From: a virus
Direction: 5' to 3' (one strand)
Virus genome (UHGV): UHGV-0203373
Length of the DNA: 40,366 nucleotides
Positions 18,796 to 27,256 of this stretch are shown piece by piece. Numbering within the stretch: the stretch's first letter is position 1; each line of letters opens with the position of its first letter. The notes below the pieces were generated by a model. It had not been told where the DNA came from. It saw only the letters and a program-made list of their open reading frames with translations, and ran no database searches. A program made the translations under genes and the position numbers.

Positions 18796-19248
18796 TTATG
18801 CGACAGCAGGCGGCGTGAAATCGTCAGTGTCTTTAATCGGAAGCAATGCACGAACATTGTTCTGTTCATCTCGACCATCACGAGCCGGTTGAATGCCGAG
18901 TTTAATCTTGACATACTTGCCTTGAATGTCGTCGATATCCAAGTCGGCGTCTTCGGGCAGCTTGATAGCGTCTGCAATCATAGCCAACGACTTGTCGGGG
19001 TCGTATTGAGCCGTCGGAACGAGCGAAACAAAGTACTTAAAAGTCAACTTACCCTTGTCGTTATTCAAGGTCGAGCCGTCCTTCTTCAGCACTTCTTCGT
19101 TCAAAACTCGGCAATTAACTTCCAAGTTTTGTCCGTCGCCGTTTTTCTTCGGTTTGATTTCAGCATTCAACTCAGCGAACAAAACCTGTTCAGCCAAGAC
19201 CGGAAAGCCGCGTTCAATTTCTTTGAGTGATTTAGTATTTAGTTTCAT
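18796..19248 (-). CDS. Putative single-stranded DNA-binding protein (DUF669-like OB fold)
   Basis: Beta-rich, with ending GKYVKIKLGI...EQNNV and an acidic tail. It follows the AAA_24 ATPase as in Sak4/SSB modules. Confidence 0.6.
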   Translation of the reverse strand: MKLNTKSLKEIERGFPVLAEQVLFAELNAEIKPKKNGDGQNLEVNCRVLNEEVLKKDGSTLNNDKGKLTFKYFVSLVPTAQYDPDKSLAMIADAIKLPEDADLDIDDIQGKYVKIKLGIQPARDGRDEQNNVRALLPIKDTDDFTPPAVA

Positions 19249-19282
19249 TTTATTACCTTTGTATTACCTTGTTCTTGTTTAT

Positions 19283-19311
19283 CTAACCTTAATGATAATC
19301 ATTAAAGTTAG
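19283..19311 (-). promoter_or_regulatory. Fur-box-like dyad, copy 3 (perfect core palindrome)
   Basis: TTAATGAT-A-ATCATTAA (19289-19305), extended by CTAAC/GTTAG, directly after the ATPase stop. Confidence 0.65.
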
Positions 19312-20036
19312 GAAAGTTGTTTCAAAATATTTTCTTTTTGCTCTGCAAACATAAATGTTTCTGGTAGGTCAAAGCTACATTTGCAAGTCGACAAGTTTGT
19401 AGGTCTTGTCCTTACATAGTAACCGCCTTTCTTTCCAACGCCTGTTTCTATATACGTCTTCCAAACATCACTAAAATACATTTCAAAATCTTTCTTCATT
19501 CGACCTCCAATAGAAAGGTCATACGAGAGCACCCTCTGGGTGTCTGGGTCTGTTGTTGCCGTCTCGTGGGCAATGACAATAATGTGTTTGTCACGGTCTT
19601 GCGCTTGAATAAGATTTTCACCGAGCCACTTAAGATACCTACCATAAGTGCCCCAATCTTGTATTTTCATTTGAACCTTAGGGTTGTTCGTGCCGACGAT
19701 GTCGTCTTCGAGAGCGGCTACGCAAAGTGTAAGACTGTCTAAAACTACGGTCTTAATTTCTTTGTCTTCAACAACCTTAGAAATAATATCCACTGTGTTT
19801 TGCCAAACCTTTTCCGCCTTTACTCTGTTCCCTTTATCGTCAATAAAAGGATTCGCTACTCGAATTTCTTTCTGCACTTCAGCAGGAAGCTTTCTAAAAC
19901 AGGCGGTGTTCTTATCGAAGTTTATAAAACACGGCTTCGGAAATTGAGCCGCTATTGTAGACTTTCCAGTTCCGGGAACACCTTTAAGCAGCAGGCTAAG
20001 GTATTCTTTCTGACTTGTGTAATTTTTATATGTCAT
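19308..20036 (-). CDS. AAA_24 / Sak4-like ATPase (ssDNA annealing recombinase)
   Basis: GVPGTGKST Walker A, TVVLDSLT Walker B, IQDWG and IVIAHE motifs. Confidence 0.8.
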   Translation of the reverse strand: MTYKNYTSQKEYLSLLLKGVPGTGKSTIAAQFPKPCFINFDKNTACFRKLPAEVQKEIRVANPFIDDKGNRVKAEKVWQNTVDIISKVVEDKEIKTVVLDSLTLCVAALEDDIVGTNNPKVQMKIQDWGTYGRYLKWLGENLIQAQDRDKHIIVIAHETATTDPDTQRVLSYDLSIGGRMKKDFEMYFSDVWKTYIETGVGKKGGYYVRTRPTNLSTCKCSFDLPETFMFAEQKENILKQLS

Positions 20037-20042
20037 AGTTGT

Positions 20043-21017
20043 TTACTCCATTACTAATACTGTTGAATTATCGTGTGGATTCCAGTTGTGTTCTTCAAAC
20101 GAATTTTCAAGAACGTTAGCTCGAACATTCGGAACGGTATTGCAAGCTTCATAGAACGGACACTTACCGTATTTAGTAACGCAAAGTTCTCGTTCAATCA
20201 TACTCCAATTTTCACCGTTATAAATATCCAATAGAAATTTTTCTATAGTTGCAAGGCGGTATCTCGTTTCTTCCAACCATTCAGTAATCTGCCAACCTGC
20301 AAAAGGTATTTCATAAGTTTCAAAACCTACGTCTTTTCTTCCAGTGCAGATAACATTCAGCATAACACCAGCAAGCGGTTCTCCATACTGTTTAATAATT
20401 TCATCGTTGAGTGCATACCAATATCCAAAGAACTGATTGCTACGCATTTTATCGTCAAGAAACTTATCTCCGAGCATACTGGAAGTTTTATGGTCGAGCA
20501 CCCAAATCTTATCTTTGTATCTGACAATAGCGTCAACTCTACCTGTCCAATAATGCTTAGCATTTTCTGTGGATTGAATAAACTTTTTAATACCAAGCTC
20601 GACAGCTTTCACTGCTTTGCCGTTTATTTTAAGGTCAATAGCTTCGTATTGATACGGAAGATTAAACTTATAGACCTGCCAGCTTGCAAGAGTTTCACAG
20701 CCTCGTTTAGTGCACCGCTTATCGTCAAGCCACTTGTCTATATTACAAGCAACTGCTTCTTTAAGAAAAGCGTCAACCGCCGTATCAAGGTCTTTGCCTA
20801 ACATAAACTGTTCAAGTCCTGCGTGTATAGCTGTGCCATAATCAAGAGCAAGACTTCCTTTGCCTATAGGTCTAAGCTTTAAGCAGTGAGCAAGAAGCCC
20901 TTTTATAGGACAAGCCCAATTCACATACATACTGTTATCCATAGCAAGCTCGTTATCCACAACAAGGCGGTGCATCATCTCACTATGACGAATATTTTTA
21001 AGTAGTGGTATCAACAT
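20043..21017 (-). CDS. PD-(D/E)XK (Cas4/AddB-like) exonuclease
   Basis: CP...GTAIHAGLE, E...GRVDAIV...VLDHKT, QFFGY, and terminal C...CPFYEAC. Confidence 0.85.
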   Translation of the reverse strand: MLIPLLKNIRHSEMMHRLVVDNELAMDNSMYVNWACPIKGLLAHCLKLRPIGKGSLALDYGTAIHAGLEQFMLGKDLDTAVDAFLKEAVACNIDKWLDDKRCTKRGCETLASWQVYKFNLPYQYEAIDLKINGKAVKAVELGIKKFIQSTENAKHYWTGRVDAIVRYKDKIWVLDHKTSSMLGDKFLDDKMRSNQFFGYWYALNDEIIKQYGEPLAGVMLNVICTGRKDVGFETYEIPFAGWQITEWLEETRYRLATIEKFLLDIYNGENWSMIERELCVTKYGKCPFYEACNTVPNVRANVLENSFEEHNWNPHDNSTVLVME

Positions 21018-21018
21018 A

Positions 21019-21264
21019 TTACAATCCCAAACTTGCAAGGAGAGCTTCAGCAGTTGCCTTTGCCGCCTTTGCAGTATCTTTCTTTTTTCGTTCAGTTGTT
21101 AAAATTCTTTTAACCGCTTTCGGATTCTCACTTACTTCATTAAGTGAGCTAAGCAAAGCTGAAAGTTCTGCTTCACCCATCTTAGACAAATCTTTATCAA
21201 GAAATTCTTTAAGCGGGTCATTACCGTCTTCAATGTTATAATCGTCGTAAATTTCTTCGTTCAT
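21019..21264 (-). CDS. Hypothetical protein
   Basis: 81 aa, translationally coupled, ends ...ALLASLGL. Confidence 0.6.
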   Translation of the reverse strand: MNEEIYDDYNIEDGNDPLKEFLDKDLSKMGEAELSALLSSLNEVSENPKAVKRILTTERKKKDTAKAAKATAEALLASLGL

Positions 21265-21515
21265 TATTTACCGTCAATTAAATTTTTAAGTTGTTCAAGT
21301 GAAAAGCCTTTCTCCATTCTATCTTCATAAGACATAATACCAAGAGCTTTAAGACGTTTCACAATAGACTGAAAAGCATAAACCGTCAGATAATTAGGCA
21401 AGCCATATTCTGGAAAGACCTTACGAATATACTCGTAATCTTCTGACGGCACGCTTAATGACTTCTTTTCAGTGGGAGTATTACTCGAATAAAATACTTC
21501 AGAAAATCCAGACAT
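21264..21515 (-). CDS. Hypothetical protein (possible RHH-like)
   Basis: 83 aa. KKSLSVPSEDYEYIRK weakly resembles an RHH start. Confidence 0.55.
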   Translation of the reverse strand: MSGFSEVFYSSNTPTEKKSLSVPSEDYEYIRKVFPEYGLPNYLTVYAFQSIVKRLKALGIMSYEDRMEKGFSLEQLKNLIDGK

Positions 21516-21577
21516 AGCTTTAAATGGCTAAGCCGTCAGCACTAAGGCTGACGACTATTGCCGTTTGAGATTGCCGA

Positions 21578-22135
21578 TTATACGAGCGAAGCGAGAGCGT
21601 TTTTACGAGCTTCGTCAAGAGCTTTCTTAATTTCAACCGCCAAGACTTCGACCTTTTCGTCTTCATCTTCCGGCAACGTGATGCCGCGCTTTTCTGCGAA
21701 CGCTTCAGCCTTACCCTGTGCAATAAAGAGTTTCGCACATTCGAGACCTTCCTTCGTTATGCGCTGTCTCGTGACCACGATTTCGAACTTGACTGCCGAC
21801 GCTGCTGCTTTCAATTCTTCAACAATCGATGACCAGTTTTCGTCGCCGCCCATCGCCGCAACAACACGCTTGAAATAAGTCTGCTCACTTTCCGAGAACT
21901 TCTCGCTCTTACCGTCTTCCGACGTAGTCTTTTCACGGGCAATGCCAGACAATTCTTCCAGCTTTTTGCAAACCGCCGCACGAACACGCGCCAAATGTTT
22001 GTGTGCAATGACGTGCTGAGTCGCTTCACGCAAGCAAGCACCCGCCTGTCCTGCAAGCTGGTCAAACTCTTCAACAGTATTGAAGGGCAAGTTAATGTCG
22101 AACTCGATACCGAATACGTTAGTGGTTTCTTTCAT
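21578..22135 (-). CDS. Hypothetical protein, first gene after a sigma70-type promoter
   Basis: 185 aa, E/K/A-rich helical protein. Confidence 0.7.
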   Translation of the reverse strand: MKETTNVFGIEFDINLPFNTVEEFDQLAGQAGACLREATQHVIAHKHLARVRAAVCKKLEELSGIAREKTTSEDGKSEKFSESEQTYFKRVVAAMGGDENWSSIVEELKAAASAVKFEIVVTRQRITKEGLECAKLFIAQGKAEAFAEKRGITLPEDEDEKVEVLAVEIKKALDEARKNALASLV

Positions 22136-22247
22136 TTAGTATACTTTCTTGTTATTTGTTTTTTCTTGTTCTACTATTCGCAAGCGGTTTGCTTGCGCTT
22201 CATAGAGTTAAATTTTTTCAAAACCCTTTTCTGATTTTGATATGCAA

Positions 22248-22276
22248 AGCATAGCATAAATATTTTTGAATTGCAA
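22248..22276 (-). promoter_or_regulatory. Sigma70-type promoter for the replication/recombination operon
   Basis: Minus strand TTGCAA-17 bp-TATGCT, with a TGn extension and an upstream A/T tract. Leader hairpin CGCAAGC-N5-GCTTGCG at 22179-22197. Confidence 0.7.
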
Positions 22277-22285
22277 GAAAAATTT

Positions 22286-22600
22286 TTAAATATTTTTAAA
22301 TTTTTCTTGCCTAATAGAAAGCGAGAAATGCCCGCTTTCCGCCGCTTTATTTTCCGCCCTTGCCTTTCCTCTCATAGAGATTTTAAAGCCCGCCTTGCCC
22401 GCCCCGCGCCCCTCTGAGGGGCTTTCTTGCAAAGGCAATTCGAGCCAATCGCAGCTCGGGCAGAAGCGCAATCCATCGGATAGTCTACGCAAAGGTTTCT
22501 TACACCTTGGACAACTCATATAGCTGATATTGTCTATTCTACAATTTTTACTATTGGGATATTCCCCAACTTGAGTCAATGTTATATTATTCCGTTTCAT
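22286..22600 (-). CDS. Zinc-ribbon protein
   Basis: CPRC-12 aa-CPSC. Confidence 0.55.
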   Translation of the reverse strand: MKRNNITLTQVGEYPNSKNCRIDNISYMSCPRCKKPLRRLSDGLRFCPSCDWLELPLQESPSEGRGAGKAGFKISMRGKARAENKAAESGHFSLSIRQEKFKNI

Positions 22601-22601
22601 A

Positions 22602-22790
22602 CTATCTTGGCATTCCTAAATTAAATAAAAAGTAAATAAGCAATAATACACCACCAAACCAAAGCAAAGCTTCGCCGAGAGTTAGTGCAAAAAATAAACT
22701 TAACTTCGCGAAAGTTTCTACTATCGCTCCGCGAAATATAAACATAAGGCTTAGTAAAAAACAACCCCAAAAAATTATTATCCAAGTCAT
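22602..22790 (-). CDS. Small membrane protein
   Basis: 62 aa, almost entirely hydrophobic with two or more TM segments. Confidence 0.55.
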   Translation of the reverse strand: MTWIIIFWGCFLLSLMFIFRGAIVETFAKLSLFFALTLGEALLWFGGVLLLIYFLFNLGMPR

Positions 22791-22799
22791 AGTCGTAGA

Positions 22800-23681
22800 T
22801 TAAATCGAGGTGGGTCGAAGGCGGAGGAAGGTGGGGTGGCGGGGCGCGTCGTAAACGGCACAGGGTTGGTATTTAAAAGTGATGACAGTCCCAACCAGAG
22901 AGTCGCGGGCGGCGTAGAGTCTCGCCTTAAGGTCGGTCGTGAATCCGGAGACCCAGAAGGTCTCGGAGAAACGGGGCGACCGAACGTGGAGAGCACCAAC
23001 GAGAGACTTTGCCGCCTTCCCGAGTTGGCACGAACTCCGAGAGTGAAGTCCAAGTTCGTTGACCGTCTGCTCATTGCAATTTTCATACTCTGGTTTCCAA
23101 CCAATCACGATACCTTCGGCATCTTCGAACGGCTTCAGCTTTAAGCACTCTCGAGAACGGATAGTGCTCCGCCCGTTCTTATAAAAGCCCAACGGATTTT
23201 TCAACATAATACCTTCGTAGCCTTCCGCTAAGCGGTATTTAAGCTCCGCTTCAACTGCTTCTTTTGAACAGCAAAGTGAGGTCGGTGCAGCAATAATGTT
23301 TCTCCGCCCTTCATACGTAGAAGCTATTTCTTGAACGAGCAAGAGCCGCCTTTCATACTCCAATGGAACATTTCTAATGTCGAATAAAGCAAACGTTGCT
23401 TCGTCTGGAATAAGCCCCGCTTCACTATTACAGATGCTTGCCGCCTTCCGTAAGCCGCCTTGCCTTTCGGTCAAATAAAATTCAAATTCAATTCCGTCTG
23501 GCATATTGTGCACAATACTTTGCAAGAACTTGTTGCGAAGCGGCTTAAGACTTGCACTAAGGGCTACTCCGTTCTCGTTTATTACACGAATGCCATCGTA
23601 TTTAGGCTGAGCCATAAATGGGTAAACAAGTTTATCTAATTGTCCAAGGGCGGATACCCCTTTCATAGGTCGCTTAATCAT
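22800..23681 (-). CDS. ATP-dependent DNA ligase
   Basis: KYDGIR adenylation motif, FALFD, YEGIMLK, LKLKP, and an OB-domain ending GTVITFKYQ...PRHPTFLRLR. Confidence 0.92.
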   Translation of the reverse strand: MIKRPMKGVSALGQLDKLVYPFMAQPKYDGIRVINENGVALSASLKPLRNKFLQSIVHNMPDGIEFEFYLTERQGGLRKAASICNSEAGLIPDEATFALFDIRNVPLEYERRLLLVQEIASTYEGRRNIIAAPTSLCCSKEAVEAELKYRLAEGYEGIMLKNPLGFYKNGRSTIRSRECLKLKPFEDAEGIVIGWKPEYENCNEQTVNELGLHSRSSCQLGKAAKSLVGALHVRSPRFSETFWVSGFTTDLKARLYAARDSLVGTVITFKYQPCAVYDAPRHPTFLRLRPTSI

Positions 23682-23811
23682 CTTTACGATTCCTTTCTAA
23701 TTCGTCTTTAATTTCGTTGAGCCGCTTCCGAGTATCCAAATAGAAATACTCGACCAGCTTCCCAAGCAATGCCGCCAATGCGATTACAAAAAGTATTACT
23801 CCGATATTCAT
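23674..23811 (-). CDS. Small membrane-anchored protein, 45 aa (not in the supplied ORF track)
   Basis: Hand translation MNIGVILFVIALAALLGKLVEYFYLDTRKRLNEIKDELERNRKDD. AGGAG RBS upstream, and it fills the gap between two genes. Confidence 0.65.
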   Translation of the reverse strand: MNIGVILFVIALAALLGKLVEYFYLDTRKRLNEIKDELERNRKDD

Positions 23812-23820
23812 AAGTCTCCT

Positions 23821-24135
23821 TTACAGTTCGGGCAGGTCATCTGCTCCATTAAGTCTATTCAATAAAGCGTGCAGTGGCTCTTCATCGCCGTTTACTACCG
23901 GCATATAAAGAATCGCATCTGCAAGCGGTGCATAAAACTTTTCAAGTTCTTTTATCTCCGCCTTAGAAAGCCGTGCGGTTATAGTCGTTACGCCTTTCTC
24001 ATATATAGCTTTAACATAGCTTTCGTCTTTTGACCAAGACACACTTATGTCTTTTAAGCCATCGGGTAATGTCCGAGAAGGAACACTTCTATCGATGAAT
24101 ATGAGGTCGGTTTGTGGGTAGTATACATTGTCCAT
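23821..24135 (-). CDS. Hypothetical protein
   Basis: 104 aa, tightly packed. Confidence 0.6.
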   Translation of the reverse strand: MDNVYYPQTDLIFIDRSVPSRTLPDGLKDISVSWSKDESYVKAIYEKGVTTITARLSKAEIKELEKFYAPLADAILYMPVVNGDEEPLHALLNRLNGADDLPEL

Positions 24136-24136
24136 A

Positions 24137-24598
24137 TTATTTATAATCTAATGTTCCGAAGCGGTGCGCTCCAATTGTTTTAGTGTTTCTAAGAAGTTTT
24201 GACCAAGCAGGGTTAGCCTTGCTCGGGTTATAATAATGAGTCCAATCGTCCAAAGGTCTCAGCCTACCATAAGCAGCTTCCTTAGCGTAGTGTTTACACA
24301 CGCGGTAAGCAATGCTCCGCTTTTCAGCGTCGCTAAGTGAACGATGGTAATAAGCTCTCGGCTTTCGACATACATCATAGACACTTCGGTGTGAAAGCTT
24401 TGAGCGGTTTATCATAGTGGTTGCTACTGCGTGCACTCCTAAGGCGGATTCACCACCGGCTTCACAGTAAAGAACTTCCGCGATATAAGTAATAGCTTTC
24501 TCGCTTGTGCTTTCTGTTAAAGCCCAGCACATTATTGCCCCAAAAAGTAGCAGGAGAAATAATACTGGTAGAGTTTTTACTGACAAGACGGTGTCCAT
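24137..24598 (-). CDS. SleB-like cell wall hydrolase (Hydrolase_2) with N-terminal TM segment; probable endolysin
   Basis: IAEVLYCEAGGES...AVATTMINR...THYYNP...PAW...IGAHRF. Confidence 0.85.
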   Translation of the reverse strand: MDTVLSVKTLPVLFLLLLFGAIMCWALTESTSEKAITYIAEVLYCEAGGESALGVHAVATTMINRSKLSHRSVYDVCRKPRAYYHRSLSDAEKRSIAYRVCKHYAKEAAYGRLRPLDDWTHYYNPSKANPAWSKLLRNTKTIGAHRFGTLDYK

Positions 24599-25146
24599 TC
24601 TTCTAACTTTCTATTCCAAGTCTCCGCTTCGTCTGCGGGCAGAGCTAAACAATCCGCGTTCAACATAATGTTGTTGTCGGGTTGGTTAAGGGTGCGCGCG
24701 AGGCGGTTGGAGAGTGCGGAGGGGTTGGTGACGTGGGCGGGGTCGAATGTAATCCCGAGGTCGGCGTTGTAAACACGAAGTCCGTCGAAGCCCGAGAGCG
24801 GTTCTTCACGCCAACTAAGGGAGCGAAGAGGAGTCCCGCTCTTCCCGAACGGCGTGTTGCGTAGCTCCCAGTGTTTCGGTGCGTAGCGAATGGGGGTTGG
24901 TGTGTCGGGAGGCGGGTTGAGGAAGCCCTGTTGACTGACTGATTCAAGCGGGAATACCTTCTCGGTCTTTGGGGACTTTTTGTAGCAAGTGAAACCGCCC
25001 CGCAAAACTTTCTTAATTGTAAGGCGGAATCCAAGCTGCGTTGCAAGCGTTCGAGCAGTCGCAATCTGACTATTGTTGTCCAAGTGAATGCAATCACCGA
25101 ACTGCATAGTCTTCAACGCTTCTCGAAGATTATCTTTCATCGTCAT
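24577..25146 (-). CDS. Hypothetical protein
   Basis: 189 aa. Basic N-terminal domain followed by a Pro-rich linker. Confidence 0.6.
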   Translation of the reverse strand: MTMKDNLREALKTMQFGDCIHLDNNSQIATARTLATQLGFRLTIKKVLRGGFTCYKKSPKTEKVFPLESVSQQGFLNPPPDTPTPIRYAPKHWELRNTPFGKSGTPLRSLSWREEPLSGFDGLRVYNADLGITFDPAHVTNPSALSNRLARTLNQPDNNIMLNADCLALPADEAETWNRKLEEWTPSCQ

Positions 25147-25471
25147 ACGACGAGTCCTCCTTCAACTTCGTTGAGCACCGCTTCCGCTGAACAACCTCTT
25201 CGTACTTTGCATAGAAAAGTGTCTTCATTTTCTTTGCCATATCTCTAACCTGCGAAGCAGTGACTTCACTTAACCAAGCGTTGTATTTTACACCGCCCAA
25301 CATACAAGAGAAGTTAAGCTTTCGTTCTGTTCCAAAGCTGGCGGTAATCACTCGACCCACAAGCTCTCCATTGACCTCAACGCTAACAGCAAAGTCTTCA
25401 CCGCTCATCACTCTTCGTATAAGGGCGGAGAGTTCTTTGTTGTCTTCGTATAACTTTATTCTTTCTTCCAT
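25130..25471 (-). CDS. Hypothetical protein
   Basis: 113 aa in the early operon. Confidence 0.6.
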   Translation of the reverse strand: MEERIKLYEDNKELSALIRRVMSGEDFAVSVEVNGELVGRVITASFGTERKLNFSCMLGGVKYNAWLSEVTASQVRDMAKKMKTLFYAKYEEVVQRKRCSTKLKEDSSYDDER

Positions 25472-25475
25472 AGGA

Positions 25476-25494
25476 CTTTAATGTTAATCGTTAT
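25476..25494 (-). promoter_or_regulatory. Fur-box-like dyad, degenerate copy 4
   Basis: Minus strand ATAACGATTAACATTAA-AG, spanning the upstream stop just before ATG 25471. Confidence 0.45.
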
Positions 25495-25768
25495 CGTTAG
25501 GTATTACGAATGATACTGGTTGCCGCTCAATGGAGTTCTCTGGTAGGCGGAACTCACTATCTTCTTGAATAGCTACATAGTCGTCGTAGTCTGACAACAG
25601 GTCACGGAAATCATCAAGGTCTTCCGCTTCATAAGCGAGGTCGAGCAAGCTCTGTAAATTATCTACAACTTCATTGTACTTTCGTAGCAATACATTGTAG
25701 TCCCAGAGCAGCTCGTTATCGCTCCGCTTTATAGTTGACAATTTATTTACAAGATGTTTTACTTTCAT
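25484..25768 (-). CDS. Hypothetical acidic coiled-coil protein
   Basis: 94 aa with a D/E-rich C-terminal half. Confidence 0.6.
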   Translation of the reverse strand: MKVKHLVNKLSTIKRSDNELLWDYNVLLRKYNEVVDNLQSLLDLAYEAEDLDDFRDLLSDYDDYVAIQEDSEFRLPENSIERQPVSFVIPNDND

Positions 25769-26084
25769 CGATTGACCTTTCTATTAGTAGGATTATTAGT
25801 TTTAAGAACCGCTTCACTTCAATCCAGTTTGATGAGCGGAAATAAATTTTACAACTGAATAGGTATGCCCGTTGTTCGGCGGAGCAAATACTTAGAAGGG
25901 TAGAACCCCTATATGGCACGAATGTAATACGGTATGCCCAATCTTTTTTCTGGTCGTCCCATATAAAAGTTTGACTGCCAAGCTTTTGTTTGAACCGCTT
26001 CCGAAGAGTAATCCAAAACGGCATAGAATGCAAGTCCGATGGGTGATACCATATGTTGCTATGGGCGGTGCTAATCCTTCTCAT
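25743..26084 (-). CDS. Hypothetical protein
   Basis: AAGGAGG RBS upstream of ATG 26084. Confidence 0.6.
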   Translation of the reverse strand: MRRISTAHSNIWYHPSDLHSMPFWITLRKRFKQKLGSQTFIWDDQKKDWAYRITFVPYRGSTLLSICSAEQRAYLFSCKIYFRSSNWIEVKRFLKLIILLIERSIDESKTSCK

Positions 26085-26382
26085 TTGTGTCCTCCTTATC
26101 CATTTGATAAGCAAACCATACTAAGGTATTACGAAGGTAGCTTTTAAGCTCCGCCTGCGACTTGAATTGTGCCTGCACTTGTAGTGAAAGCGGTGCTCTA
26201 TACAATGTCTGCATTATAAGAGTGAAACAATCTGAGCCAGCTTTACAGTGTGATGCACTGCATACCAGCAATCGCTGTTCATTGTAGAGGGCGGTCGCTT
26301 GAACAGTTTGAAACGGCTCATCAAGTTGCTTTACAAAGTTATCGACATCTTCAACCGATAAGTTATGTATTTGTATTTCCAT
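26071..26382 (-). CDS. Hypothetical protein
   Basis: 103 aa with an AAGGA RBS. Confidence 0.6.
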   Translation of the reverse strand: MEIQIHNLSVEDVDNFVKQLDEPFQTVQATALYNEQRLLVCSASHCKAGSDCFTLIMQTLYRAPLSLQVQAQFKSQAELKSYLRNTLVWFAYQMDKEDTNEKD

Positions 26383-26396
26383 ACGTATTCCTTATG

Positions 26397-26864
26397 TTAA
26401 ATGTTATTTTCTAAAAGCTCACCGCTTTCGACAATGTTAGGATTGTAAGTCGTTGCAAGAGACAATAGTTTTATAGGTCTATATTTATCCTGTCCGACAT
26501 CTTTACCTTGCCAACACGGCGAAAGGCGGAGCTTACTATCCGTTAGGAAGGCGGAAGCCATTTCCTCAGTGTAGTCTATGACTACCTCAGCATAGCTATC
26601 ACGCAGTATAATCTTTCGGACTATACCACACCGCTTCTCTTCCAGTTCCAGTCCAAAAAGACCTTTAAAGTCCCAATGTGCACCTGCATAAACATAGACA
26701 GGTCGCCAGAAGCGGAGTTTACTTAATAGCTTTGCCGATAGTCTATCCAAGATTTGCTGTCCGTGCAACGTTTGTGTAATATTCCAGCCAGCTATTTCAC
26801 CGTAATCGAACAGCTTCTGGTGAAGGCGGTGAACGAACCGCTTGTCGGGTTTACTTCTCCACAT
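26397..26864 (-). CDS. Mu gpI-like prohead protease domain, stand-alone
   Basis: YGE...GQQILD...PVYVYAGAHWD...GIVRKI...VIDYT...LSPCW...RPIKLLSLATTYNPNI resembles the Mu-like protease pattern (PxYxGHPD...SPxW...LxSxxLTNxPN). Start at ATG 26864. Confidence 0.55.
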   Translation of the reverse strand: MWRSKPDKRFVHRLHQKLFDYGEIAGWNITQTLHGQQILDRLSAKLLSKLRFWRPVYVYAGAHWDFKGLFGLELEEKRCGIVRKIILRDSYAEVVIDYTEEMASAFLTDSKLRLSPCWQGKDVGQDKYRPIKLLSLATTYNPNIVESGELLENNI

Positions 26865-27243
26865 AATTGTCCATTCTATCTTCTTCCATAAACTTTTCGG
26901 CAGTTGCACAGTCGTAATGCAATTCCTTGACCCATTGTGCAATGCGCTGTTTTGCGTGGCGGTATCCAACCTTACCACTTGCAAACAATAGTTTACTACT
27001 ATGCTTTACTATAAGCTCGTCTCCATAGTAATTTATGGCTACAAAGTAAAGCCGTATGTGTTTTCTATTCGTTCGGTGTGTCCATAGCATTTCTGGTCTA
27101 ATGTAACCAAGCTGTGCTTTTTGACCCAACCACTTGCCGTGTATGAAAATAGTTTCTGAATTCTTGGAATCATACTCTTTCGGGTCGAATAGTCGTTGTA
27201 GTTTCTTGTCTATGTCTCGTGTTATTTCTTCGTGCATTTCCAT
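26851..27243 (-). CDS. Hypothetical protein
   Basis: 130 aa with a GAGG RBS. Confidence 0.6.
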   Translation of the reverse strand: MEMHEEITRDIDKKLQRLFDPKEYDSKNSETIFIHGKWLGQKAQLGYIRPEMLWTHRTNRKHIRLYFVAINYYGDELIVKHSSKLLFASGKVGYRHAKQRIAQWVKELHYDCATAEKFMEEDRMDNYVEK

Positions 27244-27256
27244 AATGTAATCCTCT

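Noticed and set aside
20043..21017. Cas4-like nuclease as evidence of CRISPR-Cas
   Set aside because: No repeat-spacer array or other cas genes. The context is a standard phage recombination module.
8706..22476. Shared 9-10-mers between the two GT/AC-free zones (GCGAGAAAT, AAGCCCGCC, GAGCCAATCG, GCAATCCAT)
   Set aside because: With AC and GT excluded the effective alphabet shrinks, and a few such matches are expected by chance between two roughly 280 bp tracts. Not claimed as homology.
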